NCBI RefSeq assembly: GCF_018350175.1
Contig: NC_058377.1
Span: 62,310,001 to 62,374,000, forward strand
Origin: Felis catus
Lineage: Eukaryota
Length of the DNA stretch: 64,000 nt
Reading direction: 5' to 3'
Below are positions 61,471 through 64,000 of this stretch, in pieces. The notes below the pieces were generated by a model. The model worked only from the letters and a program-made list of their open reading frames with translations. It was not told the DNA's origin and did no database searches. Positions within the stretch are counted from its first letter, which is position 1; each line of letters begins with the position of its first letter. Position numbers and translations under genes: made by a program.

Positions 61471-62436
61471 ATGATAATTCTGAACCAAACAGATGTGACC
61501 CCAGCCTCATTCATTCTTAATGGGATCCCAGGACTGGAGGACATGCACATGTGGATTTCCTTCCCATTCTGCTCCATGTATGCTGTGGCAATGGTAGGGA
61601 ATTGTGGGCTCCTCTACCTCATCTACTATGAGGACTCCCTGCATAGATCCATGTATTATTTTTTGGCAATGCTTTCCCTTACTGACCTTGTCATGTGTTC
61701 TAGTACAATCCCTAAAGCTCTCAGCATCTTCTGGTGTCATCTCAAGGAAATTAGATTTGAAGAATGCCTAGTCCAGATGTTCTTCATCCATACCTTCACA
61801 GGGATGGAGTCTGGGGTGCTCATGCTTATGGCCCTGGATCGCTACGTGGCCATCTGTTACCCTCTGCGCTACTCAACTATCCTCACCAATCCTGTCATTG
61901 CAAAGGTTGGGCTTGCTACTTTCCTGAGAGCGGTGTTCCTCATCATTCCCTTGATTTTCCTCACCAAGAGACTACCCTATTGCAAGGGTAATATCATACA
62001 CCATACCTATTGTGACCAGCTATCGGTAGCAAAGTTATCCTGTGGAAATATCAAGGCCAATGTTATATATGGTCTGGTGGCTGCCTTCCTGATTGGGGGC
62101 TTTGACATCCTGTGCATCACAGTCTCCTACACCATGATCCTCCGGGCAGTGGTGAGCCTCTCCTCAGCAGATGCTCGGCAGAAGGCCTTCAGCACCTGCA
62201 CTGCCCACATCTGTGCCATCGTTTTCTCCTACAGTCCAGCCTTCTTCTGCTTCTTTTTTAATCGTTTTGGGAGCCACACAATTCCTCCATCTTGCCACAT
62301 CATTGTGGCCAATATTTATCTGCTCCTGCCTCCCACTATGAACCCTATTGTCTATGGAGTGAAAACCAAGCAGATACGAGACTGTGTCATAAGGATCTTT
62401 TCAGGTTCGAAGAAAATCAAATCCTACAGCACATAG
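61471..62436 (+). CDS. OR52N4: Class I olfactory receptor, OR52N4-like copy c, intact, divergent ECL2/TM6
   Basis: 321-aa ORF with all main OR motifs; CDQLSV instead of CDHMSV, and FNRFG instead of SHRFG. Confidence 0.9.
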   Translation: MIILNQTDVTPASFILNGIPGLEDMHMWISFPFCSMYAVAMVGNCGLLYLIYYEDSLHRSMYYFLAMLSLTDLVMCSSTIPKALSIFWCHLKEIRFEECLVQMFFIHTFTGMESGVLMLMALDRYVAICYPLRYSTILTNPVIAKVGLATFLRAVFLIIPLIFLTKRLPYCKGNIIHHTYCDQLSVAKLSCGNIKANVIYGLVAAFLIGGFDILCITVSYTMILRAVVSLSSADARQKAFSTCTAHICAIVFSYSPAFFCFFFNRFGSHTIPPSCHIIVANIYLLLPPTMNPIVYGVKTKQIRDCVIRIFSGSKKIKSYST

Positions 62437-63232
62437 AGGGGATATTTTTCACAGAAGAGGTTAAGGGGAAGGAAAACAATACTCTGTTGGCTGTTTAGTC
62501 ATGTTCTAAAGATGCCTTTTTAAGAATACTATTTTGTTCTTGACCAAGATAGGACCTGAGAAGGACAGTAAATGTTTTCAGAATCCCAAAGTCACTGATG
62601 TGGCCCTGCACGCTCTGAATTTTTCACCTTCTCACCCCAGTGAAGAAGTAGTCTCATCATTAACCCAAGTTCCCGTGAGCAAAAAACAATGGGAAGCTAA
62701 GTAAATTATCAAAAGAAATGAATAAATCATAGAGATATTCTGCTGACAGGTGCCATTTTGTCTTGTTTTCAAATAGTGATTGGAATTTCTAGTTTGAAGG
62801 ACATTTGTTACTTTCCTCTGGAAAATATGTGATATGTTTTTCTCATCATTACCAAAATTTCTCTATTTTCTTGGTATTGTCCTCCTGATGGAGAAACTAG
62901 TAAATATACTATGATGTCATTAGTCTGATGAGATTTCAACCTCTGGACTGTAATTCAGAAATAAGTTAGTCATCTGACTATGTCTCCTATAGAAAACTCC
63001 TAAATGGCCAATGTCTAGTAATTACATAAAAGAAGAAACCTTGGGATCTGGAAAGAAGAAAACACATAGTAAGGGGGAAAAAAGATAAATACAGTAATCT
63101 TTTATTCTCATCTTCAATTTCTAAATTATGTTAGAGTATTGGAGGGAAATTATAACCTTGTTGATATGGTTCTAAATTTATGTTAAAGAAATGTTTATGG
63201 TAATTACAAATGATATTGGGCAAACGAATTTA

Positions 63233-63432
63233 TTATTTATTTATTTATTTATTTATTTAATATGAAATTTATTGTCAAATTGGTTTCCATACAACACCCA
63301 GTACTCATCCCAACAGGTGCCCATCACCCACTTTCCCCTCCCTCATACCCCCCATCAACTCTCAGTTTATTCTCAGTTTTTAAGAGTCTCTTATGGTTTG
63401 GCTCCCTCCCTCTCTAACAGTTTTTTTCAGGG
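63233..63432 (-). mobile_element. Short young L1 3' end
   Basis: (TTTA)n plus aatatgaaatttattgtcaaattggtttcc; TSD gggcaaacgaattta/gggcaaaagaattta. Confidence 0.85.
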
Positions 63433-64000
63433 GGGCAAAAGAATTTAAAGGGAGGTAAAGTTTTTATACTTCATTTGAACTGGTCAAATGAGGACATCAG
63501 GAGGCTGAGATGCTATGTATATAAATATAAAATGTGGAATAACCATTAAAGAATCTATGCAAAGAGATACACTGTAAAAACGTTATACATAAATAAAAAT
63601 GGACTTCTAAAAATACTTTCAGGACCTACAAAATGGCAGAAATGTTAGATCCTTCTGATTATTTGACCCTGTTATCATCATCTAACATCTTTCTTTGTCT
63701 CTTATGACAGTTTTACTTAAAGTTTATTTTGTCAGATACAAGTATGGACTTCATTGCTCTCTTTTGGTTACCATTTGCAAAAGTATCTTTCACCATCCTT
63801 TTCCCTTCAACCTGTTTATATCTTTATATCTAAAGTCTTTTGTATACAGCATATAGTTGGATCTTGCATTTTTAATCTATTCAATTACTCCATGTCTTGT
63901 CATTATGTTTATTTATTCCATTTACATTTAAAGTATTAATGGTAGAAAGGACTTAGTATTTTTATTTTGTTAATTATTTTCTGTTTGTCCCTTAATTAGT

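Overview
Mammalian genomic DNA, almost certainly from a cat-family carnivore (abundant tRNA-derived Can-SINEs, including young felid-type copies, plus carnivore L1s). It is a draft assembly with six N-gaps. The window is part of a class I olfactory receptor cluster with six + strand OR coding exons: OR52P1-like (5.2 kb), OR52N4-like a (12.8 kb), OR56B1-like a (24.9 kb), OR56B1-like b (39.1 kb), OR52N4-like b (49.6 kb, internal N-gap) and OR52N4-like c (61.5 kb). Intergenic DNA is a mosaic of duplicated blocks, SINEs, L1/L2 fragments and solo LTRs. Main observation: a conserved ~230-nt non-coding exon-like module (O/E-type site, AAG|GTATT donor) occurs four times, but only three copies lead to an OR52N4 CDS. 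The fourth (32.6 kb) appears to have lost its CDS through a deletion with a base-resolvable junction at ~36385, and now lies upstream of OR56B1-b, which lost its own distal upstream DNA in the same event. This is a candidate promoter/5'-exon swap between OR families. Other signals: gene conversion between OR paralogs, pocket-residue divergence in OR52N4-c, stop-adjacent uORFs, a young 304-bp solo ERV LTR, a possible L1 3' transduction, twin-primed and ultra-short L1 insertions, and a SINE dimer. All alignments were done by eye. Gene names rest on recalled similarity to human proteins, not on a database search.
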